Assembly: GCA_951406725.2 (NCBI GenBank)
Contig: OX597830.1
Coordinates: 27,590,001 to 27,654,000, forward strand
Reading direction: 5' to 3'
From: Octopus vulgaris
Taxonomy: Eukaryota
Length of the DNA stretch: 64,000 nt
Below, one piece after another: positions 13,590 to 29,670 of this stretch. Below the pieces are notes generated by a model, which saw only the letters and a list, made by a program, of their open reading frames with translations, was not told the origin of the DNA and made no database searches. The stretch's first letter is position 1. The number at the start of each line of letters is the position of its first letter. A program made the position numbers and the translations under genes.

Positions 13590-14260
13590 ACTATGTCAAT
13601 GACCAACATTACGATGGAAGCCTCTACACTTGGTCTGCAGGAAATAGCAAGTAGGTTTTCTCGATTCACAATTAAAAAAGTTTTAAAAAGGAAGCAATCA
13701 TTTAAAAATGTATTTCTAGGTATACAAAAACTCCAGAATCGCTTTGAGTGGAACGTTTTTGATCATAAGTCTCCTCCGTCAGGTCGGACGTGGGGTTAAA
13801 CAACAACAGCAGCAAAATTATATTGCAGTCTGTGGAAACGTACGGAGCAATTTCACGAGAAAGATATTGCTAGCGATAGAGCTTTTATGTCAAAAACAAC
13901 GGCCGTATCTCCTTCAAATCAAACCCTACTATCTTACAAGACAAAATACACATTCGATAACGAAGATTTCGGTGAAAAAAGTGTCAGCAGTCACGACAGT
14001 TCGAACCCCTAACTAGAAACAACGTTACGACCAATACCGATCGCAGCACCGTTAGCGTTTATCACCAACACCATGGCTGTTGCCGCTGTCACACCAAACA
14101 CTAACGCCATTTTAGTTATCGCAAGTTTTTTCCTTCTTCTCCATTACAATGCACTACTACTTCACGAAATATAAAATAAATATGATGGTCACGGCTGGAG
14201 CACTTTTTATCAAAGATTAGTTAAAATCGGGTATGGCTTTAGGCAAAACAACGGCAGTAC
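13590..14260 (+). repeat. Cluster of diverged copies of an unclassified interspersed repeat
   Basis: Loosely shared motifs (CAAATCAAACCCTAC, GATGGTCACGGCTGGA, CTTTTGATCATA, ...AAACAACAAC end). Similar motifs recur at about 36000-36420 (opposite strand), 39600-39750 and 40690-40950. Confidence 0.4.
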
Positions 14261-14395
14261 CAGCAAATTTCACTAACAACAAACGCCACCAACAGCACCA
14301 ACCAAATTACCAACACCAACTATTCCGCTTCAGATAATTGCAATTTACTTAGACAAACTCAGAAAAATCCCGCTACACACGTACACACACGCACG

Positions 14396-14466
<71 letters not shown>

Positions 14467-14941
14467 ACACACGCACAACCGTACACACAAACGCATGCAC
14501 ACACGTAAAAAGAACTACAAAAGCATACTCAAGCAAACGCATATACTTATATACACAAACACACACGTACAACATATTCACACAATAAATTGCCAAACAA
14601 TTTCATTAGTTTATCAAGATTTCCGGTGAGTTATCATTATTATTTACATAAAATATCAGATTTTGAAAGTTTCTAGATCTTTTCTTTTGATATCATCTTC
14701 GATGCGTTCGAAAGAAACGTTTCGACGAAGAATCACCCAAATGGGAATTCTTCCGATAGAAATACAAATTGAAATTAAAGATAACGCCAACAGCATAGGC
14801 TGTTAATCCGATAAGTTCTTGTGTAATTAAACAAACTATGGTATGTATATTTGTGCGTGTGTTCCCTATGTATGTATGTATCTATAAATACATGTGTGTG
14901 TATATGTATATATATATGCATATATATATGTACACACACAC

Positions 14942-15050
<109 letters not shown>

Positions 15051-15080
15051 CATACATATACATTTGTTTCAATAAGTATA

Positions 15081-15978
15081 TATCAGACTGAGTAAAAAGT
15101 AAGCAACATCATCACAATATATTTCAACAATACGGAAATTTTATCCACCAAAAGTAAGTACCATTACAATCAACACATTTTTGCCAATGAGTTACAAATT
15201 TGTTTATTCATGTAACATAAAAAATCTGGAGTTCCGGCGCTGATGAACTCTTTGAACACACTTTCAGCATCGGTTTCATTTTTGAACCCCTTCTTTCGCA
15301 GGATACCATCAAGGTGCTTGAAAAAGGGGTAGTCGGAGGAGAGAGGTCTGGGGAATAATTTGGGTGGGGAAGAACTTCGTAGCCAATTTCCCTCAACTTC
15401 TGGACCGTCATTAGTGAAACGTGTGGTCGAGCATTGTCATAAAAAATGTTTAGATCTTTTCTGGTGACCAGTCTGGGACGGAAGAATTGCAGTTTTTCGT
15501 TCATTTTGGCAATTTCATGGCAATATGTTTCTGTGGTAATGGTTTTTCCGGGTTTTAAGAAGTTATAGTGGATGAGTCCAGCAATACACAACCAAACAAT
15601 CATCATAACCTTCTTTTCGAAGAGTTCGGGTTTGGGGAAGGTTTTTGATGCTTCATTTTGTTCCATCCACTGCGAAGAACGTTTTCTATTATTGTAGAGA
15701 ATCCACTTTTCATCGTAAGACAGAATACGGTCGAGAAATAGATCAGTCTGCTTACGGACAAGAAGCGACGAGCAAATTTCATACCTTCTCTTTTTTCCGA
15801 TTTTGATTCAAATCGCGTGGTACCCATTTGTCGAGCTTTTTTGATTTTTCGATCGCATGCAAATGGTTTTTAGGCAGTTTTCGGCTTTCTGGCTAACTTC
15901 TTTCAAGTTCTTTTGCCAGTTCTCGAGTGGATTTACGTGGATCTTTCTCAACAGCAGTCTTTACTTGACGGTCATCGA
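15081..15978 (-). mobile_element. Decayed mariner (DD34D) transposon, 3' two-thirds
   Basis: ORF 15208-15666: KKVMMIVW..GLIHYNFLKPGKTIT..YDNARPH..LPHPNYSPDLSP. TA-flanked end TATCAGACTGAGTAAAAAG at about 15081. Confidence 0.92.
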
Positions 15979-15979
15979 T

Positions 15980-16043
<64 letters not shown>

Positions 16044-16440
16044 CAAGCATGCACATGCGTGTATATCTGTATTCGTATACGTGTGTGAGTGTATATATAT
16101 GCAGATTTCTGTTTGATGCTTTACAGTGAGATAAGAGATATCCAGCAGTGAGAAATGATCTTGAATTCAAGTATAGGCAGAAAAGAGGGATTGCGAACTC
16201 AACATCTTAACCTCAGGTTCTTAGGGTCGTTGATGGGACTGAAAACCATACGGTTACACGCATACTCACCCACTCAGAGATATTCGCACATATATTGACT
16301 GCATACATGATTAGGTAGAGACAAAAGAAGTAGAAAATGCACTCTGAGTCCTTTAGAACTTTTAATTTTAAAATCCGTAATTTTCAAAAGTTATGATAGG
16401 ATGACGTGGGGCTATGTCGCAGTTGACCTGCTTTTCTCCC

Positions 16441-16512
<72 letters not shown>

Positions 16513-16643
16513 GTATATACATTTATATGTGTGCGTGCGTCTCTGTGTGTATGTATCTATACTAACATATATTCAGTCAATATATGTGTGTGTTTATGTG
16601 AATATGTATATGAACATATATGCAGTCAATATATCTATATATA

Positions 16644-16860
16644 AGGCAGCGAGTTGGCAGAAACGTTAGCACGCCGGGCGAAATGCTTAGCGGTATTTTC
16701 ATCTTTTACGTTCTGGGTTCAAAACTACCGGGGCCGCCTTTGCTTTTCATACTTTAGGGGTCGATAAAATAAATATCATTCGAGCACTGATATTGAGTTA
16801 ATCGACTTAGCTGTCCCCCGCCCCACCAAAAATTGCTGGCCTTGTGCCAAGAATCGGAAG
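16644..16860 (+). mobile_element. SINE family B copy
   Basis: GGCAGCGAGTTGGCAGAAACGTTAGCACGCCGGGCGAAATGCTTAGCGG...GGGGTCGATAAAAT. Confidence 0.85.
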
Positions 16861-17250
16861 TAATATACGAGTCAATATACACGTGCGTGTGTATGTGTGC
16901 AAGCATTCATAAACATGCAGACACATATACGCTGACCTAGTACCTAACAATTAGAACAAGGAACCAGCAATAAAAAGAGACGATGCAAAACAAACGTATG
17001 AATATTTTAAGACAGTCTCTGCATGACGATGTAAGAAGCAATAAACAAATGTATAATAAACATTTAGAACGTGGTGTATGAAGAAGAAAATACAATACAG
17101 GAATATAAACCCTTATGTAAACGGACAGTTAAAGGGTAAAGTCATATACACACAAGCTCGCATGTGTATCTAAATAAATACACAAAAATATGTTCATATA
17201 CTTACACACATATATAGATACGTACATGCACACGTACGTGCATCAATACA

Positions 17251-17345
<95 letters not shown>

Positions 17346-17935
17346 TTATGCACACACATATATAGGGAGATTCATGCAGATACACACAAAAATACACAAA
17401 CAGACACACACACGAGCTCAATTCGAAGAGAGGGAAGAGAGTGTAGAAAATTAAATGAATTCTCGATTTTAATTTCAAATTAGACAGTCGAATTATTTCA
17501 AAGAGTCTCTTTGGGATTCCTCGGGCGGGAATTAGAAATAAAAGTGTAGCAGTTAAAAGTTAAGGTCATTATCTTCCTGACATCTTCCGACATCGTGCTG
17601 TATTCTGTTTCACAATCAATGAATGGTAATATTAGCTTTTTAAGTAAATACATGCATAGAAGTAGAGCTATTATTTGTCTAACTTTCAATTATTGTTATA
17701 AATGTCCACAGTGGATTCAACATATGATTAAATTAATCTGTGAACAATTTATAGGAAATAAATAAATGAATAAATAAACGAATTCAATAAAAATATTTTA
17801 AAATTAATTAAAAAATTTTAATAAAATGCAATGAAGATTGCCAAACATACATAGTGGAAGGACGACAAATATGAACATAATCTTGCATTCATCCGAGTGT
17901 GTGCATGCGCGCGTGTGCATATATATGTGCTTGTG

Positions 17936-18037
<102 letters not shown>

Positions 18038-18049
18038 CATGTATGTATA

Positions 18050-18498
18050 CCTTTTACTTTTTACCTGTTTCCGGCATTTGACTGTGGCCATACTGGAGCA
18101 CCGCCTTTAGTCGAGCAAATCGGCCCTCAGGGCTTATTCTTTGTAAGCCTAGTACTTATTCTATCGGACTCTTTGGCAGAACCGCTAAGTTACAGAGACG
18201 TAAACACACCAGCATCGATTGTCAAGCGATGTTGGGGGGACAAACACAGACACACAAACATATACACATACATGCATACATACATACATATATCTATCTA
18301 TATATATATACATATACATATACATACATATATAAAACGGGATTCTTTCAGTTTCCGTCTACCAAATCCACTCACAAAGCTTTGGTCGGCCCGAGGCTAT
18401 AGCAGAAGACACTTACCCAAGGTGCCACGCAGTGGGACTGAACCCGGAACCATGTGGTTCGTGAGCAAGCTACTTTCCACACAGCTACTCCTACGCCT
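18050..18498 (-). mobile_element. SINE family A, full length
   Basis: Colinear with 9716-10123 over head, CORE-like block and tail. Confidence 0.9.
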
Positions 18499-18739
18499 AT
18501 AATATATGTATATGTATACATATATATATGTATGTGTGTTTGCGTGTGTATGTGTGTGTGTTCAAGCACATACACACATATGTGTTGGTGCGTATGTATA
18601 TATAGTTTAAAATATATACATTTAAAAATGTATAAATATACTGGAGTAAATAAAGACTTATACAAACTCTTGTTTCTGTAATTCCTTATAACAAAAGCAG
18701 GGTTTGAACAATCACACCATATTTCGACATTTGCTTTCC

Positions 18740-19760
18740 GATGCACTAACTTCCAGTGGTCCACAGGCTTGCTTACTCTATCACAAAAGATAATTTCGCT
18801 GGGCCGCGCAACCATTTATGCACCGCTACCAGCAAATCGATGACTTCGGAAAGGAAGTTGGAGCGGTCCACAGAGGTGATAGTCAGAAGGATCCAGATTT
18901 AACATGTATGCTGTGTGTTTCGATAACACGAAACACAATTTTTGAATGCTTTCAAAGATGGAGGTGGCCGTGTATTGGCGTACATTGCCGTGCAGCAATA
19001 ACAGTTATTTTGAAAACAGTCATCGGCGTTTGGTGTCACTTGCTCGTTTCAGTTTGCTGACCAGCATTTTCCGTTAGCCTGCACAAGTGACTGTAGATCC
19101 CTTTTCCAGATAATGTTTGATGTTTGAGTATAAGTTCCTTTGAGTTCCAAAAAATGGCTATCATTACATTTTCTGCCGAAAGTTGAGTGTTGAATTCGTT
19201 TTTCGGTGGTGATTCCGAGTGTTTCCACTCCATATATTGCCTTTTGGATTCTGACTCAAAATGATGGACCCAAGTCTCATCTCTTGTGACTGTTCTCTCT
19301 CTCTCAAAAAAATTTTAAAAAAGGTTCGCATTCAAGGTTGTAGCGGTCGAGTAAGCATTGACAGGTCTTCACATGATTGTACTTATGAGCTTCAGTAAGC
19401 CCACTTGGCACCAATTTCTCATTTTACAAAAGTGAAGCTTGTGGAAGAACCATGGCTAATTTGTAGAGAACATAAGACTCCATCGAAAGGCACTCTTCGG
19501 TTCGCTAGAACCATGTCTCGTTCTTGTTGAATCTTCATATGAATGGCGCGGTTTAAAGGGGCGTCTTGCTTTTCCTTCGTGCATCACCGTTGCCCGGCCG
19601 TTTTTAAACACATTTCTACACGGCAGAGTACTGTCCCCGTATTGTGCAGAAAGCAGACGATGAATTTCAAACCCTAACACACCTGAAGGCAGTGTGGCCA
19701 ATATTAAGAAAGTGTTGGCGAAGGTGTGGATAATGTTTTACAACGCCTTCTATATATACG
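18740..19760 (-). mobile_element. Decayed mariner transposon (different subfamily from 15081)
   Basis: Minus frames give EIHRLLSAQYGD, VTRDETWVHHFESESK, MEWKHSESP..SAENVMIAIFWNSK, LHGN and LDPSDYHL. Confidence 0.85.
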
Positions 19761-19896
19761 TTCGTATATGAAGATCTTGCGAGATGGTTTAAAATAATCT
19801 TGATATATACTGATCCGAGGAGTAATGCACGTGTATGAATATATTAGATGCATAAATTTGTCTCGCACACTAATTTACACTACGTATAAATATAAC

Positions 19897-20547
<651 letters not shown>

Positions 20548-20930
20548 ATATATATAATCACACTTTCTATCTCTCACCCTTAGCATAGTGCTATATGCTT
20601 CTGGTATGTATGTATATAAATGCAGACAGGCACTCATAAATATAAACACATATATGTGTGTGCAAATGTGTGTGTACATGCATACATATACACAAATACA
20701 TACATATATAGATATATACATATACATACACACGCACACATGTATATGCATGCGTGCACACACATACATATAAGTATATGCATATATAGATTCATATACA
20801 AATGTGTGTTTGTGTGTGTATATATATATATGTATATATATACACACGCATCTCTCTTCCCCGCGCTCTCTATCTATGAATGAATAAAATTATATTCACG
20901 GGCATAACATCCATACACACAGACACACAG

Positions 20931-20983
<53 letters not shown>

Positions 20984-20995
20984 TAGATAGATACG

Positions 20996-21027
<32 letters not shown>

Positions 21028-21038
21028 TAGATAGATAC

Positions 21039-21129
<91 letters not shown>

Positions 21130-21163
21130 GGCATCTATCTATCTATCTATCTATCTATCTATA

Positions 21164-21194
<31 letters not shown>

Positions 21195-21317
21195 GTAACA
21201 TACGTACATATGAATATGTGTGAATATTTCTACATATGTATATCTAAATGCACCTTACATACAAGTTATATATACATACAAGTTATATATACATATATAC
21301 GTATATATACATAAATG

Positions 21318-21356
<39 letters not shown>

Positions 21357-21391
21357 TGTATATATATATATATACATATATACATGTACAT

Positions 21392-21470
<79 letters not shown>

Positions 21471-21798
21471 TGCGTGTGTGCTTGTTTGTTTATGTGTGTG
21501 TGTTTATGCGTGCACATACATAAATACGAGACGCGCGCACACCCGTGCGTGTGAGCGAGGCAATGTTCGTATGTTACAACAGTGGCAGTCCCTTGATGCT
21601 CACAATGGCAAATTTCGTTTTTTAAATTTTATTCATTTTCGACTAGGAATTTTTTTTCTCCATTCTTCTTATAGTTCCCAGTTACGCCATATATACATAC
21701 ATAAATATATATATAGATAAATGCATACATTAAGACGTAAGACATACATACATACATACATGTATATATATTATACATACATACAGATATATTTATAT

Positions 21799-21844
<46 letters not shown>

Positions 21845-22376
21845 GTACATTTATACGTGTGTAGGATTGTGCATATGTATGCTTATTTTCATTACTGGAG
21901 TCTTTTCCCACTCTCTTTAACGCTGCATATCTTATTTATATGTCTCTCGTTTTTCATAATTTTCACTTGCAACCCATCAGAAACACAAATGACCGCCATA
22001 CTTTCTAAGTGTAAAACTTTATGGATATTATTGAGTTAGCTAGAGCTGCGTCCAATTTGTCTCGCATCGGCAAGCAACTCTATTTCCAGCAACTTGGGAT
22101 ATATAGGTACATACATACATATGTACATACATATATACATATATACATACATATATACATATATACATATATATATACATAAATACATACATACATAGAC
22201 TCATACGCACACACATACAAACAAACATACAGACATTCATAAGTCCATACCTATATACATACGTACATGCATGTGTTGTGCTTGTGAGTATATTTATCTA
22301 CATATTTGTGTTTATATACGTATAAACATATATTTAGATGTATATACGCACAGAAAAAACACGCACTCACACACGC

Positions 22377-22417
<41 letters not shown>

Positions 22418-22426
22418 CTTACATAC

Positions 22427-22461
<35 letters not shown>

Positions 22462-22499
22462 CATACATGCATATATATATATACATATATATGTATACA

Positions 22500-22531
<32 letters not shown>

Positions 22532-22924
22532 CATATATATATATATGTACATATGTATATAGTATATTTATAAATGACCCTAACCATGTGTGTTAAGCAA
22601 CATATTCACGCATATGAATGTTTGTATATATACGCATATATATGTATGTATACAAGTATATAAGTAGAATTATATATATGCGTATATACATATATACAAA
22701 TGTAAATATATACTATACACACACACACGCGCGCATACATACATGCATGTTTGTGTGTGTCTGGCTGTGCAAGTGAATGTGGTTGTGAGTGTGTATATAT
22801 GCAAACATGTGTGCATTTATGTATATATGTATACTCATGTATATGTGTTCATATATATACATATATGCATACGCCTATACATACATACATATATACATAC
22901 ACACATACATACCCCCCTACACAC

Positions 22925-22962
<38 letters not shown>

Positions 22963-23110
22963 ATACCCAAACCAGACCTACACCGAACTTTGACACTGTT
23001 TACAAATCATCCATCTTCAAGACGTAAACGAACGGAAGAAATGGAACTGTAAAATATATAAAAAAAAAAGAACGGCTGACATAAATGAAGAGAAACACCG
23101 TACCATTATC

Positions 23111-23164
<54 letters not shown>

Positions 23165-23302
23165 GACGACACAGAAAATGAAGTAGAACAGCAACAACAA
23201 TGCTATTAATGATACGATAAGGAAAGTTAAAATGATACTAATAGTAATAATAAGAGTGGTAATAAAAATTATGTCTATAATAATAAAAATAACAACAATA
23301 AC

Positions 23303-23352
<50 letters not shown>

Positions 23353-23475
23353 GAATAACAATAATAATAATAATAGTAATAATGATGATGATGATGATGA
23401 TGATGATGATAATAATGATGATAATAATAATATTAATAATAATAATGATAATAAAAATAATATTAATAATAATAA

Positions 23476-23506
<31 letters not shown>

Positions 23507-23526
23507 AATAAAAATTTATAAAAATG

Positions 23527-23575
<49 letters not shown>

Positions 23576-23637
23576 TAATAATAATAATAATAATAATAAT
23601 GATGATGATGATGATAATAATAATAATAATAATAATC

Positions 23638-23696
<59 letters not shown>

Positions 23697-23872
23697 TATA
23701 ACAACAACAACAATTACATGAACTGGTGAACAGAATACCAAGAGGAATTTAAAAAATAACTTAATGGATATAGTAGCACTATTTTCTAAGCATGAGCGTT
23801 AAAAATGAAATATTATGATGACGATAATGATGATGATGAGGATGATGGTGGTGGTCATCATCATCATCATCA

Positions 23873-23926
<54 letters not shown>

Positions 23927-24603
23927 TCATCATCATCATCATAACAACTCTCCACCCCCACCATCACTGGGACTACCCGCTACACCACCACCATCACCGC
24001 AACGAGCAACAAGAACACTTCAACTACGACCATCACCATCGAAATAATAGCAACGATCATTAAAATCACCATCATTGCCACAACTGCCAGCACCAGCATC
24101 ATCCATGTGATAATCGTCGTGATGATGCCCCTTATGATGTTGATAACTTCATTGTCACCGCCGTCGTCGTCTTTGTCATCTCTGTCTTCTTTTTCCTTGT
24201 CATCATCATCGTCGTCGTGATTGTGATCTTGGTGGTGGTGGTGGTGGTGGTGGTGGTAGTGATCATCATCATCATCGTCTTCGTCACTATCATCTACGTC
24301 GTCATCGTCATCATTATTATCATCGTTTCATCGCCATCGATGTCCTTGTCGTCGCCGTTGTCGTCATCGTAGTCGTTGTCGTGGTCACCGCCGCCACCCT
24401 CATCTTCGCCTTTGTCGTCGTCGTCGTCGTCGTCATCGTCGTCGTCGTCGTTATTCTCGTTGTTATTTCAATATCCTAATACACATTTGTGGTCTCGAAT
24501 GTTTCTTTTCTCTTACTAAATAAACAAATTTTGCGGCTTGCTATTTTCTTTACAAAACAAGAACTGAATACAAAAACAAAGAAAAATAAAAGAAATATAA
24601 TAT

Positions 24604-24668
<65 letters not shown>

Positions 24669-25423
24669 TATATAATATATAATATATATATTTCTTTTAT
24701 ATATATATAAAATAAAATAAGATAAAATGAAATAAAATGAAATGAAACGTTCTGTAATACAATAGACACACAAGAGTACGCACACATATTCATACATACA
24801 CGCGTACACAGGCACACACACACACACATGCACACATACACACATACATGCACACACACCCATGCATACATATATGCATAGAAACACATATATATTATCT
24901 CGTCCTGTTGTCTCTCCGGGCTCTTCAAACTGTCATGAGTTTTTTTTGTTGTTGATGGTATTTTGGCGTTTTTCTTTTTTCTTTATAATTGTTTGTCTCT
25001 TTGTTTTTATCCTTGATTTTATTTTTTTGTTTTGTTTATTAACCGCAACTTTCTTTTTCTTAAATCATGATGACGATGATGATGATGATCATCATCCTCA
25101 TCCTTATCCTCATCATCATCATCGCCACCGCCGCCGTTGCCGCTGCCGCCGCTGTCCCTGTCGCTGTCGCTGCCGCCGCTGTCCCTGTCGCTGTCGCTGC
25201 CGCTACCGCCGCTGCTGCCATACCACCACCACCACTACTACCACCACCTCCACCACCACTACTACCACCACCACCACCACCACCACTAAAACCATCACCA
25301 AAACCACCTCCAAAACCACCTCCACCACCACCACCACCTTTTTCCTTCTCCTCATCCCCTCCTCTTCTTGTTCTTCTGTTCTTGTTTACGTCCTTGTTCT
25401 TGTCAGTTTTCTTCATATTCATA

Positions 25424-25477
<54 letters not shown>

Positions 25478-25493
25478 CACCACCACCACCACC

Positions 25494-25528
<35 letters not shown>

Positions 25529-25810
25529 AATCTCCAGTTTTAACCATATTTTTGGCAGTTACATCTACGCTTGCTGTTCTAGCAAATGTAACATAAATTC
25601 TCTCCCTCTCACCTTTCTCTCTCTCAGTCTCGCATACCTACACTGTCACGGCGTATTCCTTTCGATTTTATAGTAAACCCTACATTCTATCGTCTGCTTT
25701 TCTAATTTCTCTTAAGATGTTGCCCTTGTGGGAACAATAAACATCGTTTACATCACATAAGAATAATAATGATGATGATGATGATGACGATGATGATGAT
25801 GACGATGATG

Positions 25811-25863
<53 letters not shown>

Positions 25864-26456
25864 CTCTTCAGAGATCATGAAGAAAAAAAATGCTTTCTAA
25901 TTGACGTATCAATACCAGCAGATGACAAAGTTTCTCTAAAAGAAATGGAGAAACTTTCAAAATACAAAGACCTGGAAATAAAGGTAACTCGAATGTAGAA
26001 TCTAAAAACAGAAACAATTCCTATCATAGCAGGCGCATTAGGTATGATAAAAAATATTCAGACAAATACATAACAAAAACACCAGGACTTACAAATATAT
26101 ATAAGATACAGAAAATAGCACTACTAGGCACTGCACACATCCAACGCAAAACACTTTTAGTACAGTAACCATAAGAGCATCACAGTAAACCACAGCACAT
26201 ACCCAAGGCACACGTTCGGTAGTGCAGTGAAAGCACGTGATAAAAATAAAACTACTGAATGATAATAATAATAATAATACAGTAACCATAAGAGCATCAT
26301 AAGTGCAGTGAAAGCACGTGATAAAAATAAAACTACTGAATGATAATAATAATAATACAGTAACCATAAGAGCATCACAGTAAACCACAGCACATACCCA
26401 AGGCACACGTTCGGTAGTGCAGTGAAAGCACGTGATAAAAATAAAACTACTGAATG

Positions 26457-26460
<4 letters not shown>
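25864..26460 (+). mobile_element. R4/Dong-like RLE LINE 3' fragment in (TAA)n, with the 3' UTR present three times
   Basis: Translates RDHEEKKCFLIDVSIPADDKVSLKEMEKLSKYKDLEI...IPIIAGALG...IQKIALLGTAHI (RLE domain and C-terminus). Flanked by (AAT)n on both sides. Confidence 0.88.
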
Positions 26461-26533
<73 letters not shown>

Positions 26534-26547
26534 TATAATAATAATAA

Positions 26548-28480
26548 TTTCTTTATTAACACTAAGTATCACAAAAAAGTCATTGCGGATGGTACAAGAC
26601 GATACAATGTGGGGTCACATAAAATGAAGCGTGTAAATAGTGAAAATATTAACAAAATAAATTTTAACGACGGAAACTTCCCCCCAAAGAAAGAGGAGAC
26701 CTCACAAAACCCCAGTCACCCTAGCCACTAGGACAAATGCTCTCTTCACAAATGTTCTCTCCACAAATACTCTCTCCACATATGGTCTCTCCTCTTTCTT
26801 CAAACTACTAAGCCAGTTCACTCGGACCATTCTGGACACATTCACCTACCTTTCAATAAAATTGTTAGGAAGTAGTACTTCCTTCTCTAACCGCGCTTTC
26901 CTTTTCAAGTGAAAAAGTTGATGAGGGCTTGTCCAAAGAAGAAAGTATCTGTCTTCAGCCCTTTCTATCTTGGCCAACACACAACCTTTTCACTAAGTCC
27001 ATCAGACAAATAAACACTGCCTGAATGATCAGCTGACGGGACTTATATTTGGGAGGAAGAAGCTCTCTAAGTTTTTTAAGAAGAGGACGCTGTCAGCTCT
27101 TACAGAATTAAACTGACCAAAATCTAGAGCTAAGCCAAGGATTTCTGTAATGATAATAGTACTCTCAAGCCGAGGATTTCTGGAAATTGTCTATGGGCTC
27201 AGGCTCGAAAATCTTTCGGAACAGAACAGCCAACCGCTTCTTGATGACGCTCAGTTCCTCAGAGAACGCCGTCGCACTTGTCCGTCACTGAGCTTTTATA
27301 AAACGCCAAAGTGGAATTTCCACCTACCGTATTGCCCGATTGACAGAGGACTGTGAGCGCCTGACGATACTCTAGGTGCCAGGCATCCTGCCTCAACCTA
27401 CGCTTGATGCAGCTCAGTCAAATAGACGAGGTGTGGGAGAGCGAGTTTCATTTTCAGTCTTCTACCGCGCTTTTCATTTTGTAAGTTTTACTTTCTCCTT
27501 GCACCAGGAGCCATTCTAGTGGTTTCTAAAACTGTTTTCCTCGCTGGATAAGTTTTCACAGCCAGCTAAATCAGTAGCATTTGGAAGAGATACATTTGCA
27601 CAGTTGCGCATTTCTAAGCTGGTGGTCTGGTCGTCGGATGTAGATGAGGCTTTTCTCGGTTGCAATGGTGCAGGTGATGTTATTGTTTTTCTTGCGTGTG
27701 GTAGCGGTGCTTGCTACTGATGTTGACTGAATCTCTCCTGTTACTCTTGATGTAGTTGTTCTTTTGGATGCTGCTACACTTGGTACTTAATCTGGGGTTG
27801 TTGGTGCTTCTGTTCTTGCTTTTTATACTGTGGTTGTTATTGTGTTAGAGGTGTCTGCAGCAGCGGGAGATTTTCCTTTTCTTTGGATGGGGAAAAACGT
27901 CATTAATTGGTGTGCTTCGGCACAAATGTGACATCTTGGCTTTCTGCCCTTGACTACAACGAATAGCTGTATAATCTCAGTGAAGTTAACCAGGTAAGGG
28001 ATAGCTTCGATACCACCAAATTGGCGTGTATCAATAATTCCATTCCCTGATCAACTTTTCTTTCCCGCTCTGAGCACTCGGAGAATTATTGTTTTGTACT
28101 CCATGCCGTACAATACGGCTGCCACCAGCAAAGAGATCTCCAGTTCTGGTGGTACTTTTGTTATCTTTGTTTTAGTCACCCTCCGACCAAAGTATGTCGG
28201 AAGTAGCCACAATTTTTAACTTTTTAGGATTGCTGCTGCACTTTCTTTTGCTAATTCTTCAATTGGGAATCTCACATCAGCTGTGCCAAAACGTCTTCCA
28301 CGGGCGACGTTGGTGTCTATCTCCCAGACTGGTCTTAGACATTTTTCAATCTGGACCTGCGTCGCTCGTTCCAGAGTCCTGGTTTTCGTTGAAATACATT
28401 TGTATGTAATAGTTGGTTTCTAGTGTCTTATTGTTTTTCATCCTCCTTATTAGAAATACTAATCTACCATTTTTTCTCCG
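26548..28480 (-). mobile_element. Heavily decayed, internally deleted Tx1/L1-like LINE
   Basis: Minus strand ends in AATAAAGAAA(TTA)n at about 26548. ORF2 C-terminus-like sequence lies at 26800-27400. An ORF1-like stretch VVVKGRKPRCHICAEAH lies near 27910-27965. Confidence 0.55.
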
Positions 28481-28839
28481 GCGTCACTTAGCGTTTCTTT
28501 TCTGCGAAACTTTTCCTATTTTGTTTAAAAATATGAACGGCAGCTTGTGTTGGTGGCTGTGGTGATGATGGCGGTGGTGTCTGAAGTAATGATTGCGTTA
28601 TTTTAAATTTCATTCTGCTTGTCACTACAGCTAAATCCTTTGTTGCTATTGTTATCTGTGATTTGTCCCTCGACCCTATCACTTAGTTATATGAAAATAA
28701 TGCCATAATAGTTGTTCCAACAGCCATCACTTTCCTCGATTTGGGAATATTAAATTTGAAATATTAAATTTGAAATTTTAAATCTCAAAAGTCGCTCTTA
28801 AATAAAACAACGAATTCCATTAAAAAATTATTATTATTT

Positions 28840-29145
28840 AGTGAGAGCAGTGCAAGCCATTGAAGTGACACTGGGGTAAAATATACGAAACCCAGTGTAC
28901 CCATCATAACTATCTGTATGTTAAGAATACACCAGGCACATGCCTCACACCATCCTCATCATCTAAGTATACCGGACAGAATGCTTCGTGATATTTCTTC
29001 CTGCTTTACGTTCTGAGTTTAGTTTCTGTCGAGGGGGACTTTTCACCATTTCAGAGTCAATAAATTGTTGGACTCTCAGTGTCGAGAACCGGGGCAATTT
29101 GCCCACCACAAATTTCAGGTTTTGAGCCTATAATAGAAGGAATTG
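28840..29145. mobile_element. Adjacent SINE fragments (unclassified tail at 28840-28955, diverged family B at 28960-29145)
   Basis: TTTACGTTCTGAGTT and CAAATTTCAGG..GCCTATAATAGAAGGA match family B. Confidence 0.5.
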
Positions 29146-29188
<43 letters not shown>

Positions 29189-29321
29189 GTTTGTTCATGT
29201 CTTCCACGGTCAAATCTGGTCTCGTTTCTTCAAGTATATAAAGCAAAATATGCATGTACGTGTGTGTGCGTGCGCACGTGTATATTTATGTGTGTGTTGG
29301 TATGCATATGTATATGCTTAT

Positions 29322-29361
<40 letters not shown>

Positions 29362-29371
29362 GTGTGTAGCA

Positions 29372-29500
29372 ATTTTATGAAAATAAGATTCAGCGTGACT
29401 GAGATGTTTCGACTTCTTAGCCTTCATCGGAAAGTCTGACAGGTATTAATTAGGTCTAAGTAACTAAGACCCGTAAATTATTTCCTTGTAAAAAATAATA
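29372..29500 (-). mobile_element. Penelope-like terminal fragment with hammerhead-like motif
   Basis: Minus strand 29430-29402: CCGATGA-aGGCT-AAGA-AGTC-GAAAC-ATC. Confidence 0.45.
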
Positions 29501-29614
29501 GATATTTACTAAAATGTCACGGGTGATCCTTCATTTGAAATGTTATGTTGTTCATATATAAATTTATTTACCAACAAACATGAATATCTATGTATACATA
29601 TACATGTATATACA

Positions 29615-29670
<56 letters not shown>

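Noticed and set aside
24862-25596. 244-aa and 158-aa poly-amino-acid ORFs
   Set aside because: Overlapping translations of trinucleotide microsatellites in several frames.
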